NCBI GenBank assembly: GCA_035637295.1
Contig: DASPXM010000071.1
Coordinates: forward strand, 3,176-67,175
Direction: 5' to 3'
DNA from: Verrucomicrobiia bacterium
GTDB taxonomy: Bacteria; Desulfobacterota; Binatia; UBA9968
Length of the DNA stretch: 64,000 bases
The notes beneath the pieces were generated by a model, which worked only from the letters and a program-made list of their open reading frames with translations, did not search any database and had not been told where the DNA came from. Positions 29,683 through 39,229 of the stretch are shown here, piece after piece (the stretch's first letter is position 1; each line of letters begins with the position of its first letter). The position numbers were made by a program, and so were the translations under genes.

Positions 29683-31113
29683 CTACGACAGGACGTGTTT
29701 CCACTTCGCGGCCGTTTGAGCACGCTCTTCCGGAGTCAGCGCGTGTTCCTTCGAAAAATCCTTCATCCAGCGAAATGGCCGGCACGCGTCGATGATGGCG
29801 CGGGAGTTGGTGAAATCGCCCTGACTTCTTCGCTCCGGCGGAATCCTTGGATCGATGGGACTGCTCCAGCAGCCGCGCATAATCTCGATCGATGTTTCCG
29901 GGTCGCATCTTGTCGCGATCGCCCACAAGACGTCGGCCGTATTCGACGGATCGATATCGTCGTCCACTACGATCACGAAGCGGCCCAAGTAGCCGCCTTC
30001 GCGGGCGCCGAGGGCTACATGCGCCGCTTGGCGCGCGTGACCCCCGTAACGTTGCCGCAGCGAGATGACTTGTAAGAATCTCATTCCCGATTCGAGCTGC
30101 CAGACACCCTTCACGTCGGTCACTCCGCACTTTTCGAGCTCGTTCCAGATTTCGGCGGAGCGAAAAAGCAGCGACAGGTAACTGTCGAGGGGATAAATCT
30201 TCAAATCTCCAACAACGGTGATGATAGGATCGGCGCGGTAATATACGCGTTTGACGTGAATGACGGGCGCCGGACGAGTGGCCGAGGCATAGTATCCCGT
30301 CCATTCGCCAAACGGTCCTTCGGGCCGTGATTCGACATCGGGCGGCGGCATCTCGCCCTCCAGAACGATTTCAGCCTGGGCCGGAATCGGCAATCCGGTG
30401 TGCTCGCCGGCAACAACGTCAAATGGCCTACCCGCGACATGACCCGCAAAATCATATTCCGATACTCCCCAAGGAAGCCCTAGAGATGCGGCCGCGAAAA
30501 GAACCGGCTCGATGCCGCACACAACCGCCACAGGACAAGCCTGCTTTTTAGTCCAGTACTGCTCCGCGATAAGCCGGGTTTGTTTGCCGGGCGATATATA
30601 GATGCTCACCACGTCAGGCTCTTGAACCTGAACCCTCGCAGTCCCGAGATTGACCCACCCTCCTTCCTGGTCTTTTGTGATCACGGCATCCTGAGTGCCG
30701 ATGTACTTTCCACCGTCATCTTTGTGAAGCTTGGGCGCGGGGAAATTAAAGACGTCAATGTCTTTGCCTCGCTGGATGTGTTCCGTAATCGGTCCTGACG
30801 CGACGAGTTTGGGCGGAACAGGCTTATGATCCTCCGTCCGTTTGCGGATCGCGTTGACTAAAAAAGGGCCTCTCAAAGTGTCGTCGACCCCCAGCGCCTC
30901 GGCGGTCCGGCGTTGCGTCTGAAACATGTTGATCAGGACGCGGTGACCCTCGGGATATCCTTTGATTTTGTCGAACAGCAGCGCCGGAGGTTCCGCTCCC
31001 GACCCCGACACTTCGGCCACGGCGCCGATGTCAGCATCTGCGTCCGCGCCTTCGACGATTTTCAATTGGTCTTTCGCGCGCCAATGATCGATTAGTCCCC
31101 GCAAGTCACGCAT
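29683..31113 (-). CDS. UbiD-family (prenylated-FMN-dependent) decarboxylase
   Basis: N-terminus MRDLRGLIDHWRAKDQLKIVEGADADADIGAVAEVSGSGAEPPALLFDKIKGYP is typical of UbiD. ATG at 31113 with GGAG 8 nt upstream; the track start at 31149 is less likely. Confidence 0.75.
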   Translation of the reverse strand: MRDLRGLIDHWRAKDQLKIVEGADADADIGAVAEVSGSGAEPPALLFDKIKGYPEGHRVLINMFQTQRRTAEALGVDDTLRGPFLVNAIRKRTEDHKPVPPKLVASGPITEHIQRGKDIDVFNFPAPKLHKDDGGKYIGTQDAVITKDQEGGWVNLGTARVQVQEPDVVSIYISPGKQTRLIAEQYWTKKQACPVAVVCGIEPVLFAAASLGLPWGVSEYDFAGHVAGRPFDVVAGEHTGLPIPAQAEIVLEGEMPPPDVESRPEGPFGEWTGYYASATRPAPVIHVKRVYYRADPIITVVGDLKIYPLDSYLSLLFRSAEIWNELEKCGVTDVKGVWQLESGMRFLQVISLRQRYGGHARQAAHVALGAREGGYLGRFVIVVDDDIDPSNTADVLWAIATRCDPETSIEIMRGCWSSPIDPRIPPERRSQGDFTNSRAIIDACRPFRWMKDFSKEHALTPEERAQTAAKWKHVLS

Positions 31114-31429
31114 CTTTTGCTCCTTCGATAAGGATAAAAATTTTCCCATCTTCTACAGCGACCGCGTATCGCTCGATTTTGTATCCCGTACAATTCAATC
31201 CTTCTCCAGTTTCGAGATCGAAGGTAAAGGCGTGTTGGCCGCAGCGAATCATCTTGTTCCAAACATTGCCCTTTTCCAAAGGCGCTCCCTCGTGAGGGCA
31301 CCGTCTTTGAATGGCGTAGATCACTCCGGAGCAGCGCAGAACCAACACGTCTTTCCCGTCGGGCAGCTTAGCAGTCAAATAACCTTCCTCGTCAAGTTCG
31401 GAGCGCTGTCCAACGAAAATATTTTCCAT
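31106..31429 (-). CDS. Rieske [2Fe-2S] ferredoxin-like small protein
   Basis: CPHEGAPL...(17)...CGQHAF Rieske CXH-CXXH motif. ATG at 31427-31429; the track start is TTG at 31456. 8-nt overlap with the UbiD gene. Confidence 0.6.
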   Translation of the reverse strand: MENIFVGQRSELDEEGYLTAKLPDGKDVLVLRCSGVIYAIQRRCPHEGAPLEKGNVWNKMIRCGQHAFTFDLETGEGLNCTGYKIERYAVAVEDGKIFILIEGAKDA

Positions 31430-31645
31430 GAGATCTGTCTTCGAAAGATTAAACAAAAATTCTTACACGTTCCCGATTTCCTAGTCGAAGGCAAGCGCGC
31501 TGTCAAGTTGGCTTCTACCGATATAGCTTCTGAACGAAGCCGCTTGCTTCGAGCTCTTTTAGGAGAGAGGTCTTGACAAAACTGAACCAGTAGCGTGCCT
31601 TGACATCAATGCCTGCTTTTCTTATAGGCAGTTGATCGGTGCGTT

Positions 31646-32152
31646 ATGGAGCAAGAACTTGCAGCGCGACTTGTGGGCGGGTTGAAAGAAGCGGGGATCA
31701 GTTTTGTTTCATATCTCCCGGAAACGAGGCTGAGTCAAATCGTGCCTCTGCTGCGCGAAGATCCGTCTTTTATGGTGGCTGCCGTCGCCAATGAATCTGA
31801 AGCTGTGTCGATCGCGGCCGGCGCTTCACTCGGCGGCCGTCCCGCTGCAGTTTATATGGAAGGCAGCGGCATCTACGTCGCTTCGTATAATCTCCTGGTC
31901 CTTGGCAGACGGCTTGGAGTGCCGATGCTTTTGCTCGCTGCGTATTATGGCAGCATCCTGGACAAGCGTAATAGCTTTCTCTACGCGATGCCGGGCATCC
32001 ATATGATTCCAATTCTCCAGTCGCTCGACATCCAGCATGAAGTTTTGGACAAAGGCGACTCTCTAGAGGACAAGATCAAAGGCGCCGTAAAGATGATGCA
32101 CGCCATCAAGCAACCGGTGGCGCTACTCTTTACCGGCGAGTTCACTGCATGA
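31646..32152 (+). CDS. split TPP-dependent decarboxylase alpha-like subunit, second paralog
   Basis: 168 aa. Same architecture and conserved blocks as 1649..2158. ATGA overlap with the beta-like subunit. Confidence 0.6.
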   Translation: MEQELAARLVGGLKEAGISFVSYLPETRLSQIVPLLREDPSFMVAAVANESEAVSIAAGASLGGRPAAVYMEGSGIYVASYNLLVLGRRLGVPMLLLAAYYGSILDKRNSFLYAMPGIHMIPILQSLDIQHEVLDKGDSLEDKIKGAVKMMHAIKQPVALLFTGEFTA

Positions 32153-32748
32153 AGCGTTCTGACTGTTTTGACTTTCTCGCGCCGCTGATCAAGGAACAGC
32201 TTGTGATTGGCTCGCTCAGCGGCCAGCGGGTGGAGTGGGGGGATCGTTGCCAGCACGAAGGAAACCTGCTCGTGGCATCGATGGGCGCGGCTTTGGGTGT
32301 CGGCATCGGTTTGGCGATGGTTTTACCGCGGCGCAAAGTGATCGTGCTCGAATCCGACGGCAGTATGCTCTTGTCGCTCTACAATCTGCCAACTCTCGGA
32401 AATATCAATCCGGCCAATCTTGTTGTCTTCGTTTTCGATAACGAGGTCTATAGCGGGACGCGCATCAGCGAGCCGAGCGCGACAGCGGGGAAGACAGATC
32501 TCGCAGCCGTGGCGCGCGGCTGCGGCATCGAGCAGTCAACGACCGTGCGCGATTTAGAATCTTTCAAGCGAGAAGCCGCAAAAGCGCTCGCAGAAAATGT
32601 TCTGCGTTTTGTCGTTTGCAAGGTCGACCAGACTACCGGACACCGTCAAATCCAGCGACCGAACGAAGACTTGTGGGAACACAAGTACCGATTTGTGAGA
32701 TACCTGGAACGAACCGAAGGTAAAGAGATTTTCAAGGGTCGCGGCTGA
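32149..32748 (+). CDS. split TPP-dependent decarboxylase beta-like subunit, second paralog
   Basis: 199 aa. GSMLLSLYNLPTLG ... FVFDNEVYSGT and the FVRYLERTE tail parallel 2173..2766. Confidence 0.6.
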   Translation: MKRSDCFDFLAPLIKEQLVIGSLSGQRVEWGDRCQHEGNLLVASMGAALGVGIGLAMVLPRRKVIVLESDGSMLLSLYNLPTLGNINPANLVVFVFDNEVYSGTRISEPSATAGKTDLAAVARGCGIEQSTTVRDLESFKREAAKALAENVLRFVVCKVDQTTGHRQIQRPNEDLWEHKYRFVRYLERTEGKEIFKGRG

Positions 32749-33090
32749 GTGGAATGAGATATGGTGCGCCCGCCGAGAATCGAAGTCGGGGTTACGGTTC
32801 CGCAGACAAGTAGCAAACCACAACCGCTCGTTCTATTCGCGTACCGACGATCATGTGCGTCTTCTATTGGGCTTTGGCCTCTGGCTAGCCGGTACATCCC
32901 CACTCTTGGGAGTGGCATTACGTACCGCCTTGGGTAAGCGGAACAATAGGTGCGGACTAGTTCTTTACCTGTGCCGCCGCCGCCACCAAATTTTGCCGCT
33001 CCATTTCTCGATTTTCTTGCATCACCCCTTGTCGGCGCCAATGCATTTCCGTGTATCCGAATTCCGGAGCATGGAACCTTGACCTTTGAA

Positions 33091-33567
33091 TTATTTTCTC
33101 AGTTTCAGCGACCGCTCGACTTCGCGCTCGGCGACTTTGCGCCTGAGCGTTTCGCGCTTGTCGTAGAGCTTTTTCCCGCGCGCGAGGCCCAACTCGACTT
33201 TGGCGCGGCCGTTCTTGAAATAGAGCTTCAGCGGAACCAGCGTGAAGCCGCGTTCCTTCGTTTTACCCGTGAGCCGTTCGATTTCGCGCGCATGTAGCAA
33301 GAGCTTGCGCGGGCGCGTCGGCTCGTGATTGAACTGATTCGCTCCTGCGTACGGACTAATATGGGTGTTGATCAGGAAGGCCTCGCCCTTTTGCACGCGC
33401 GCGTAGCTGTCCGTCAGATTGGCCTTGCCGTCACGCAGCGACTTCACCTCACTGCCGACCAGAACCAGACCCGCTTCGTAAGTCTCATCGATGAAGTAGT
33501 TGTGGCGCGCCTGGCGGTTGACGCAGATGATCTGCTCGCCGGCTGCGGTCGATTTCTTAGCTGCCAT
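33091..33567 (-). CDS. smpB: SsrA-binding protein SmpB
   Basis: 158 aa. Conserved SmpB core ([30 protein letters not shown] ... [11 protein letters not shown]). Confidence 0.9.
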   Translation of the reverse strand: MAAKKSTAAGEQIICVNRQARHNYFIDETYEAGLVLVGSEVKSLRDGKANLTDSYARVQKGEAFLINTHISPYAGANQFNHEPTRPRKLLLHAREIERLTGKTKERGFTLVPLKLYFKNGRAKVELGLARGKKLYDKRETLRRKVAEREVERSLKLRK

Positions 33568-34222
33568 TATTTTTGTTCTTGTCGTCCGGTGGCGTGATCA
33601 GCCCGCTCGAGGTGATCAATTTCAGGGCCTCTTCCATCGTCATGTTTAGCGGGGTGACTTCATTGCTCGGCACAAGAAGATAGAAGCCGGAGGTTGGGTT
33701 TGGCGTGGTGGGAACAAAAACGTTGACGAGCTGGGCATTCTTTTTGTCTTCGAGATGGGACCACGCGCGGCCCATGGCAAAGCCGACCGTGAAGATGCCG
33801 ACGCGCGGATATTCGATCATGACAACCTGCCGTTGGGCATTGGACTGCCCTAAAAAGGTCTGCACCAGCTTCTGCACAGCAATATAGACACCGCGGAACA
33901 CCGGGATTTGGATAAAAAGACTTTCCCATGCCGCGAGGAACCGCCGCGTCGCGACGCCGCTCGTTAAGACGCCGAGAAAGAGAATCAAAAGCAGCGTGAC
34001 GAACGCGCCGAGCTTGGGAATCGCAAAAGGCAGATAATAATTGGGGTGAAGCGCGTCGGGTAAAACGGCGAGCACGCTATCCAATAAATCGATCACCCAG
34101 CCAATAAACCAAAGGGTAATCGCCAGCGGCAGAAAGGCGAGCAGCCCGGCGAGAAAATAGCGCCGCAGACTGTCACTCCAGCGAGATTTGACTTTAGTAG
34201 GAACCTCGTCCGCCACCGCCAC
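33557..34222 (-). CDS. DUF502-family membrane protein
   Basis: 221 aa, two N-terminal transmembrane helices. [11 protein letters not shown] and the [14 protein letters not shown] block are typical of DUF502. Confidence 0.6.
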   Translation of the reverse strand: MAVADEVPTKVKSRWSDSLRRYFLAGLLAFLPLAITLWFIGWVIDLLDSVLAVLPDALHPNYYLPFAIPKLGAFVTLLLILFLGVLTSGVATRRFLAAWESLFIQIPVFRGVYIAVQKLVQTFLGQSNAQRQVVMIEYPRVGIFTVGFAMGRAWSHLEDKKNAQLVNVFVPTTPNPTSGFYLLVPSNEVTPLNMTMEEALKLITSSGLITPPDDKNKNNGS

Positions 34223-34229
34223 AACCCCC

Positions 34230-35081
34230 CTAACGGGTAAGCACTCGATTATCGATCAAACGCGCCCTGCCGATGCGGACCGCCAACGCGAGCAGTGCCG
34301 GCTCGTCAATCTTTTCGATGTCGTCCAGAGTTTCGGCATCGCATAACTTTATGTACTCGACTTCGGCGAGTGGCTCCTTTTTGAACTCCGCCGAAACCAG
34401 CCGAATCAGCGCCTGCGCCGAGGTCTCACCGCGTCTGAACAAACGCTGGGCCTTGCATAGCGAACGCGACAAACAAACCGCCGCCTGCCGCTCGGCCGCT
34501 CCGAGATAGGCGTTGCGCGAGCTCATCGCCAGACCATCCGCTTCACGCACGATCGGGTGACCGATGATTTCAACATCCATGTCGAGGTCGCGCACCAGGC
34601 GCCGTATCAATTGCAGCTGTTGATAATCCTTCTCACCGAAAATCGCCGCATGCGGCCGCACGATGTTCAACAGCTTGGCGACGACGGTGGCAACGCCGCG
34701 AAAATGTCCGGGGCGCGCGACGCCGCAGAGCGGCAGACTGAGTTGCTTGACCTCCACGAACGTCTGGATTCCCTGCGGATACATCTCGTCTACGGTCGGA
34801 TGAAAGACCACGTCGGCGAGCTCCTTTTCGAGCAGCGCCCGATCGCGCTCGAAGTCCCGCGGATAGGCGGCAAAATCCTCGCCCGGACCGAACTGCGACG
34901 GATTGACGAAGATAGATACGACGACGCGATCGCCGCGTTTCTTGGCGTCGCGCACAAGACACAGATGCGCTTCGTGCAAAAAACCCATGGTCGGGACCAG
35001 CACGACGCGGTGACCTTGGCGCCGCTCGGCCTCGCTCCAGCGGCGCATAGCCGAGATATGTTCGATGACCAACATAAACAA
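34230..35081 (-). CDS. panC: pantoate--beta-alanine ligase
   Basis: VVLVPTMGFLHEAHLCLV HxGH-type motif. SIFVNPSQFGPGEDFAAYPR. SSRNAYL near the C-terminus. Confidence 0.85.
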   Translation of the reverse strand: MFMLVIEHISAMRRWSEAERRQGHRVVLVPTMGFLHEAHLCLVRDAKKRGDRVVVSIFVNPSQFGPGEDFAAYPRDFERDRALLEKELADVVFHPTVDEMYPQGIQTFVEVKQLSLPLCGVARPGHFRGVATVVAKLLNIVRPHAAIFGEKDYQQLQLIRRLVRDLDMDVEIIGHPIVREADGLAMSSRNAYLGAAERQAAVCLSRSLCKAQRLFRRGETSAQALIRLVSAEFKKEPLAEVEYIKLCDAETLDDIEKIDEPALLALAVRIGRARLIDNRVLTR

Positions 35082-35084
35082 AGA

Positions 35085-35160
35085 TGGAGTATAGGAATGT
35101 TGGAGTGATGGTCTCCATCAACGGCCAATACTCCAATATTCCATCACTCCATTATTCCAG
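35085..35160. repeat. REP-like inverted array of TGGAGTG-type octamer repeats (copy 1)
   Basis: TTGGAGTGATGG (35101-35112) and its reverse complement CCATCACTCCA (35142-35152), plus degenerate GGAGTA/TACTCC units. Lies between panC and panB. Related copy at 50498..50576. Confidence 0.55.
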
Positions 35161-35162
35161 TC

Positions 35163-35972
35163 CTATTTAAACGAGTGCTCCTCCATGGGAAACTTTTGTT
35201 CTCTCACTTCGCCGATAAAATCTTTTACCGCGCCGGTCATCGTCTTCTTCAGGTCGGCATAGCGTTTAACAAACCTTGGCGTGAAATCATCGAATAGGCC
35301 AAGCATGTCATGGATCACCAATACCTGTCCATCGCAGTGCACGCCGGCGCCAATGCCGATGGTGGGAATCGTCAGTCGCTTGGTAATCTCCTCGGCCAAA
35401 TCAAGCGGCATGCCCTCCAACACGACGGCGAATGCGCCCGCTTCTTCCACCGCGACTGCGTCGCGTAGCACCATTTCTCGCCGCGTCTTGTCCCGCCCTT
35501 GAATTTTATAACCGCCAAACTGATGCACCGACTGCGGCGTGAGTCCGATATGCCCCATGACCGGAATCCCGGCATTGACCGTGGCGGCAATCGTTTCTTT
35601 TACGGCCACGCCGCCTTCCAATTTCACGGCTTCGGCGCCGGCCTCTTTAAGAAACCTTCCGGCATTTTGTAGGGCTTGCTCTTTGCTCGCCTGGTACGAA
35701 AGAAAAGGCATGTCGCCGATCACCAGCGCGCGTTTGCGCCCGCGCACGACGGCGCGGGTGTGATAAATCATCTCGTCCATCGTCACGGCCAGCGTATTGT
35801 GGTTGCCTTGGACGACACAGCCGACCGAATCGCCGACCAGCAGCATGTCGACGCCGGCTTCGTCGAGGATCCGCGCAAAAGAGTAATCGTACGCCGTCAG
35901 GCAGGTAATCTTTTCGCCGCGCTGCTTCATCTTAACAACCTGCGGTACCGTGACCTTATCGCCCATGATCAA
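35163..35972 (-). CDS. panB: 3-methyl-2-oxobutanoate hydroxymethyltransferase
   Basis: 269 aa. [25 protein letters not shown] and GHIGLTPQS motifs. Confidence 0.85.
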   Translation of the reverse strand: MIMGDKVTVPQVVKMKQRGEKITCLTAYDYSFARILDEAGVDMLLVGDSVGCVVQGNHNTLAVTMDEMIYHTRAVVRGRKRALVIGDMPFLSYQASKEQALQNAGRFLKEAGAEAVKLEGGVAVKETIAATVNAGIPVMGHIGLTPQSVHQFGGYKIQGRDKTRREMVLRDAVAVEEAGAFAVVLEGMPLDLAEEITKRLTIPTIGIGAGVHCDGQVLVIHDMLGLFDDFTPRFVKRYADLKKTMTGAVKDFIGEVREQKFPMEEHSFK

Positions 35973-36120
35973 TCCTCCCCAAAATAAAAAAGCCCTCCGG
36001 ACAAATCCGGAAGGCCATTAGAAAGCCAACGGTATGCAGACGGCAGGATGCAATGAACCCCTGCTTACCGCCTGCCGCCTACCGCCGTCTTCTTCATCGC
36101 GGCATCCGTCTCAGTCCAGA

Positions 36121-36762
36121 CTACCTGGATCCAAGCGGTATGTAATGCTGCGTCCCCGAACCCATGCTGTTGATTTCCTTGATCAAGTCAGCCAGATCCT
36201 TGCTGCTCGAGACGAAATCAATCTCCGAAGTATTGACGACCAGCAGAGGCGTCTCGTCATAGTGAAAAAAGAACTGGTTGTACGCCTGAGCTACCTCGGT
36301 AAGGTATTCAAAGGTTACGCTTCGCTCGTATTTTTTATCCCTTTTTTTGAGCCTTTTGTAAAGCACCTCGGGACGGGCCTGGAGATAGACGACGAGATCG
36401 GGTTTGGCTATCCGAGCGTTCAAAAGCGCGTAAATTTGCTGGTATAAATTCAGCTCCTCGGCGCTCAGGGTTAACGTCGCAAAGATCTGGTCCTTGGCGA
36501 ACAAATAATCCGCGACCGTACCTTGGTCAAAAAGATCTTGCTGGGCCAGCTCCATTTGTTGCTGGTAGCGGTTGAGCAGAAAAAAGGTTTGGTTCTGGAA
36601 CGCGTAAGTCTCGCGGGATTTATAAAATTTCGGCAGAAACGGGTTATCTTCGACCCTTTCGAATACCGTCCGGGCGTGAAATTCGTTGGCCAAAATCTTC
36701 GCCAAGCTGGTCTTGCCCACGCCGATGGGCCCCTCGACCACGATGTACTTTGCGCGCGCCAT
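36121..36762 (-). CDS. deoxynucleoside kinase
   Basis: P-loop IVVEGPIGVGKTS. dNK family length (213 aa), LID region and RxxxR motifs. Confidence 0.7.
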   Translation of the reverse strand: MARAKYIVVEGPIGVGKTSLAKILANEFHARTVFERVEDNPFLPKFYKSRETYAFQNQTFFLLNRYQQQMELAQQDLFDQGTVADYLFAKDQIFATLTLSAEELNLYQQIYALLNARIAKPDLVVYLQARPEVLYKRLKKRDKKYERSVTFEYLTEVAQAYNQFFFHYDETPLLVVNTSEIDFVSSSKDLADLIKEINSMGSGTQHYIPLGSR

Positions 36763-36812
36763 GCGACGCTGTGAATCTACACGTTGGCCAGAAGCTTGTC
36801 CAGGTTGTTATA

Positions 36813-37901
36813 ATGAGCGCAGTGGAAACGCTGCAGCAAAAGATCGGTCAAATGTTTATGGTCGGCTGCCAGGGTGAAGCCCTGACGCGCGAAGAACGCT
36901 TGACGTTCGAGCAGTGCTCCTTCGGCGGGTTTATCCTGTTCGGCCATAACTGTTGCGCGCCGCGGCAGATCCTGTCTTTGTGTCGCGGCCTTTGGCAATG
37001 CGCTTCGGCAGAGCCGCCGTTTATCGCCATCGACCAGGAAGGCGGCAGAGTCCATCGGCTGCCGCCGCCTTTTACCCATTTTCCCGCTGCGGCGACCATC
37101 GGTGAACGAAACGACCCCAATGTAGCTTATGAGCTGGGTCATGCAGCCGCTGCGGAATTTGCACTGGCGGGAATCAACCTGAATTTTGCGCCGCTCCTGG
37201 ATGTCCATTCGAATCCGCAAAACCCGGTCATCGGCGATCGCTCCTTCGCCGATGACGCGAATCGCGTGATCGAGATGACCTCAGCGTGGACGCGTGGCCT
37301 GAGAGCAGGCGGCATTATCCCTTGCGGCAAACATTTTCCCGGCCACGGCGACACCGACAAAGATTCACACTTCGATCTTCCGGTCGTCGACAAGCCGCTC
37401 GACGCCTTGATGAATGTGGATTTGCCGCCGTTCGTGCACGCTTGTCGCAGTGACATCGAGTCGTTGATGACGGCGCACGTATTATACCCGGCGTTCGATC
37501 CCGAGCTTCCCGCTACGCTATCCGAAAAAATCGTCACCGGACTCCTGCGCCACAGTCTCGGCTATGACGGCCTCGTCTTCAGCGACGATATGGAGATGAA
37601 AGCGATCAGCGACAATTTCGGACTCGAGCAATCTGTGGCGCTAGCGGTCCGCGCCGGCGTCGACGTGTTGCTCTTTTGCCACGAACCGTCTAGAGCGGTT
37701 GGGGCTTTCGAGTTTCTTTGCTGCGAGGCTGAACGAGATCCGTCGGTGCGCGCACAGGTGGAAAATAGTTATCGCCGAATTACTGAGCTCAAGCGGTGCT
37801 GGTTGAAAAGCTTTAGCGGCGTTTCAGACGATGAGCTAGAGGAACGATTGAAGCGATCGGATCACCAGCAACTGGTCGCTGCGGTTCAAGGCAACTTATA
37901 G
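36813..37901 (+). CDS. nagZ: glycoside hydrolase family 3 beta-N-acetylhexosaminidase (NagZ-like)
   Basis: Motifs KHFPGHGDTDKDSH and IAIDQEGGRV. ATG at 36813 avoids overlap with the divergent kinase gene; the track start at 36750 is less likely. Confidence 0.7.
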   Translation: MSAVETLQQKIGQMFMVGCQGEALTREERLTFEQCSFGGFILFGHNCCAPRQILSLCRGLWQCASAEPPFIAIDQEGGRVHRLPPPFTHFPAAATIGERNDPNVAYELGHAAAAEFALAGINLNFAPLLDVHSNPQNPVIGDRSFADDANRVIEMTSAWTRGLRAGGIIPCGKHFPGHGDTDKDSHFDLPVVDKPLDALMNVDLPPFVHACRSDIESLMTAHVLYPAFDPELPATLSEKIVTGLLRHSLGYDGLVFSDDMEMKAISDNFGLEQSVALAVRAGVDVLLFCHEPSRAVGAFEFLCCEAERDPSVRAQVENSYRRITELKRCWLKSFSGVSDDELEERLKRSDHQQLVAAVQGNL

Positions 37902-39229
37902 GCCGTGTAGGCAATGAGCCTTCTGATGTCGTGATGTAGTTCCCCTTCCCACTTCTCGAGCAGGATATCCGCCGGGCATTTTCCTACGTCCAGGAGGTTT
38001 TTCAGCGGCTTTAAGTAAATCGTTTCGTCGTCACCGACATCATTGACTTGATTCTGCCGCCGCAACCCTTCCCAGGCAATCGCCAATAACTCTCTGGCAA
38101 GATCGAGCAGAGAATAGCGTCGCACCCGCGCCGCCAGCGCGTCCACGTGTGAATCGAGATAGGCTTGCATCCGCTCGTCCCAGCTCCATCCTTTCACCAG
38201 ATCCCATGCCGCCTGCAAACAGTCGCTGTCGTAAAATGCGCCTTTGATGAGCGCCGACAGCGCCGGCATAAGATCCGGCGGTTGGCTGTCGACCGAGCGG
38301 ATTTCGATGTAGCGTTTGATCCGGGTCTCGGGAAACAGCGTCGTCAGATGATCGCCCCAATCTTCGATCGTCGCTCGTTCGCCGTTGTGGCCGTATTGGA
38401 GAAACTGCCGGAAGTTCAGGTGGGTCATATCGATGTAGTGCTTGTTACGAACGATGAAGTACATCGGCACGTCGAGAGCGTATTCGACGTAATGGGCAAA
38501 AGAAACCTCCGGCAAGAAAGCAAATTTCAGCAGCCCGGAACGGTTCCTGTCAGTGTCGGTCCAGATATGCTCGCGGAAGCTGCGGTAGCCGTTTAGCTGG
38601 CCCTCGCAGATCGGCGAATTGGCGAACATGGCAATGAGAATCGGCGCCAGCCCCATGCCGGTACGGAACTTGGCCATGGCGTCCTTTTCGTCGCCGTAGT
38701 CGATGTTGGCTTGCACGGTGGCGGTCTGTTTCATCATGCGTTGGCCGAGTTTGCCGACTTTGAGCATGTACGGCGCCATGATTCGATAGCGTTGCTTCGG
38801 TACCCATTCGATCTGATCCAGCCGGCTCACCGGCTGCATGCCGAGGCCGAGAAAAATGATCCCCAGGGGCGACGTAACTTCCAACAACTCGCGAATGTGC
38901 TGCGTGAACTCAGCATAAGTGCAGTGGATGCTGTCGCACGGCTCGCCGCTCAGCTCGATCTGTCCGCCCGGCTCCAGGGTAATTTGCGCTTTGTCGCGCG
39001 TGAGCGCGATGATGTGGCCGTCCTGTTCCTCGGGTTCCCAGCCGAAGCGCTCGATCAGCTCGCGCAGAATGTGTTCCACGCCGCGCTTGCCATAGTAGGG
39101 GATCGCTTGCCCGGTGTTGCGGTCGATACCGACTTTTTCGTATTCCGTACCGACGCGCCAGCGATCGAATGGTTTGCCGGCGTCGTGGAAGTAGGCTTCG
39201 AGTTCTGTGCTTTTCTCAATGACTGACAT
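37886..39229 (-). CDS. glutamate--cysteine ligase, plant/proteobacterial type (GCS2 family)
   Basis: 447 aa. GTEYEKVGIDRNTGQAIPYYG, then FLGLGMQP and IRSVDSQPPDLMPALSALIKG blocks are typical of the GshA GCS2 family. Confidence 0.75.
   Translation of the reverse strand: MSVIEKSTELEAYFHDAGKPFDRWRVGTEYEKVGIDRNTGQAIPYYGKRGVEHILRELIERFGWEPEEQDGHIIALTRDKAQITLEPGGQIELSGEPCDSIHCTYAEFTQHIRELLEVTSPLGIIFLGLGMQPVSRLDQIEWVPKQRYRIMAPYMLKVGKLGQRMMKQTATVQANIDYGDEKDAMAKFRTGMGLAPILIAMFANSPICEGQLNGYRSFREHIWTDTDRNRSGLLKFAFLPEVSFAHYVEYALDVPMYFIVRNKHYIDMTHLNFRQFLQYGHNGERATIEDWGDHLTTLFPETRIKRYIEIRSVDSQPPDLMPALSALIKGAFYDSDCLQAAWDLVKGWSWDERMQAYLDSHVDALAARVRRYSLLDLARELLAIAWEGLRRQNQVNDVGDDETIYLKPLKNLLDVGKCPADILLEKWEGELHHDIRRLIAYTAYKLP

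Noticed and set aside
32762-32800. tRNA/tmRNA-like 3' end (minus strand ...CCGAC-TTCGATT-CTCGG-CGGGCGC-A-CCA) in the spacer next to smpB, suggesting ssrA
   Set aside because: The T-stem has a C:C mismatch at the normally invariant 53:61 pair. No complementary 5' acceptor strand (GCGCCCG), anticodon arm or tmRNA 5' consensus could be found within 400 nt. Probably a chance match.
36034-36447. Assorted small antisense or overlapping track ORFs, for example 36034-36447, 8099-8497, 12067-12888, 43208-43891 and 55307-56266
   Set aside because: They lie entirely inside well-supported genes on the opposite strand or in another frame, and show GC-rich-frame amino-acid bias (Arg/Ala/Gly-rich). They are spurious.
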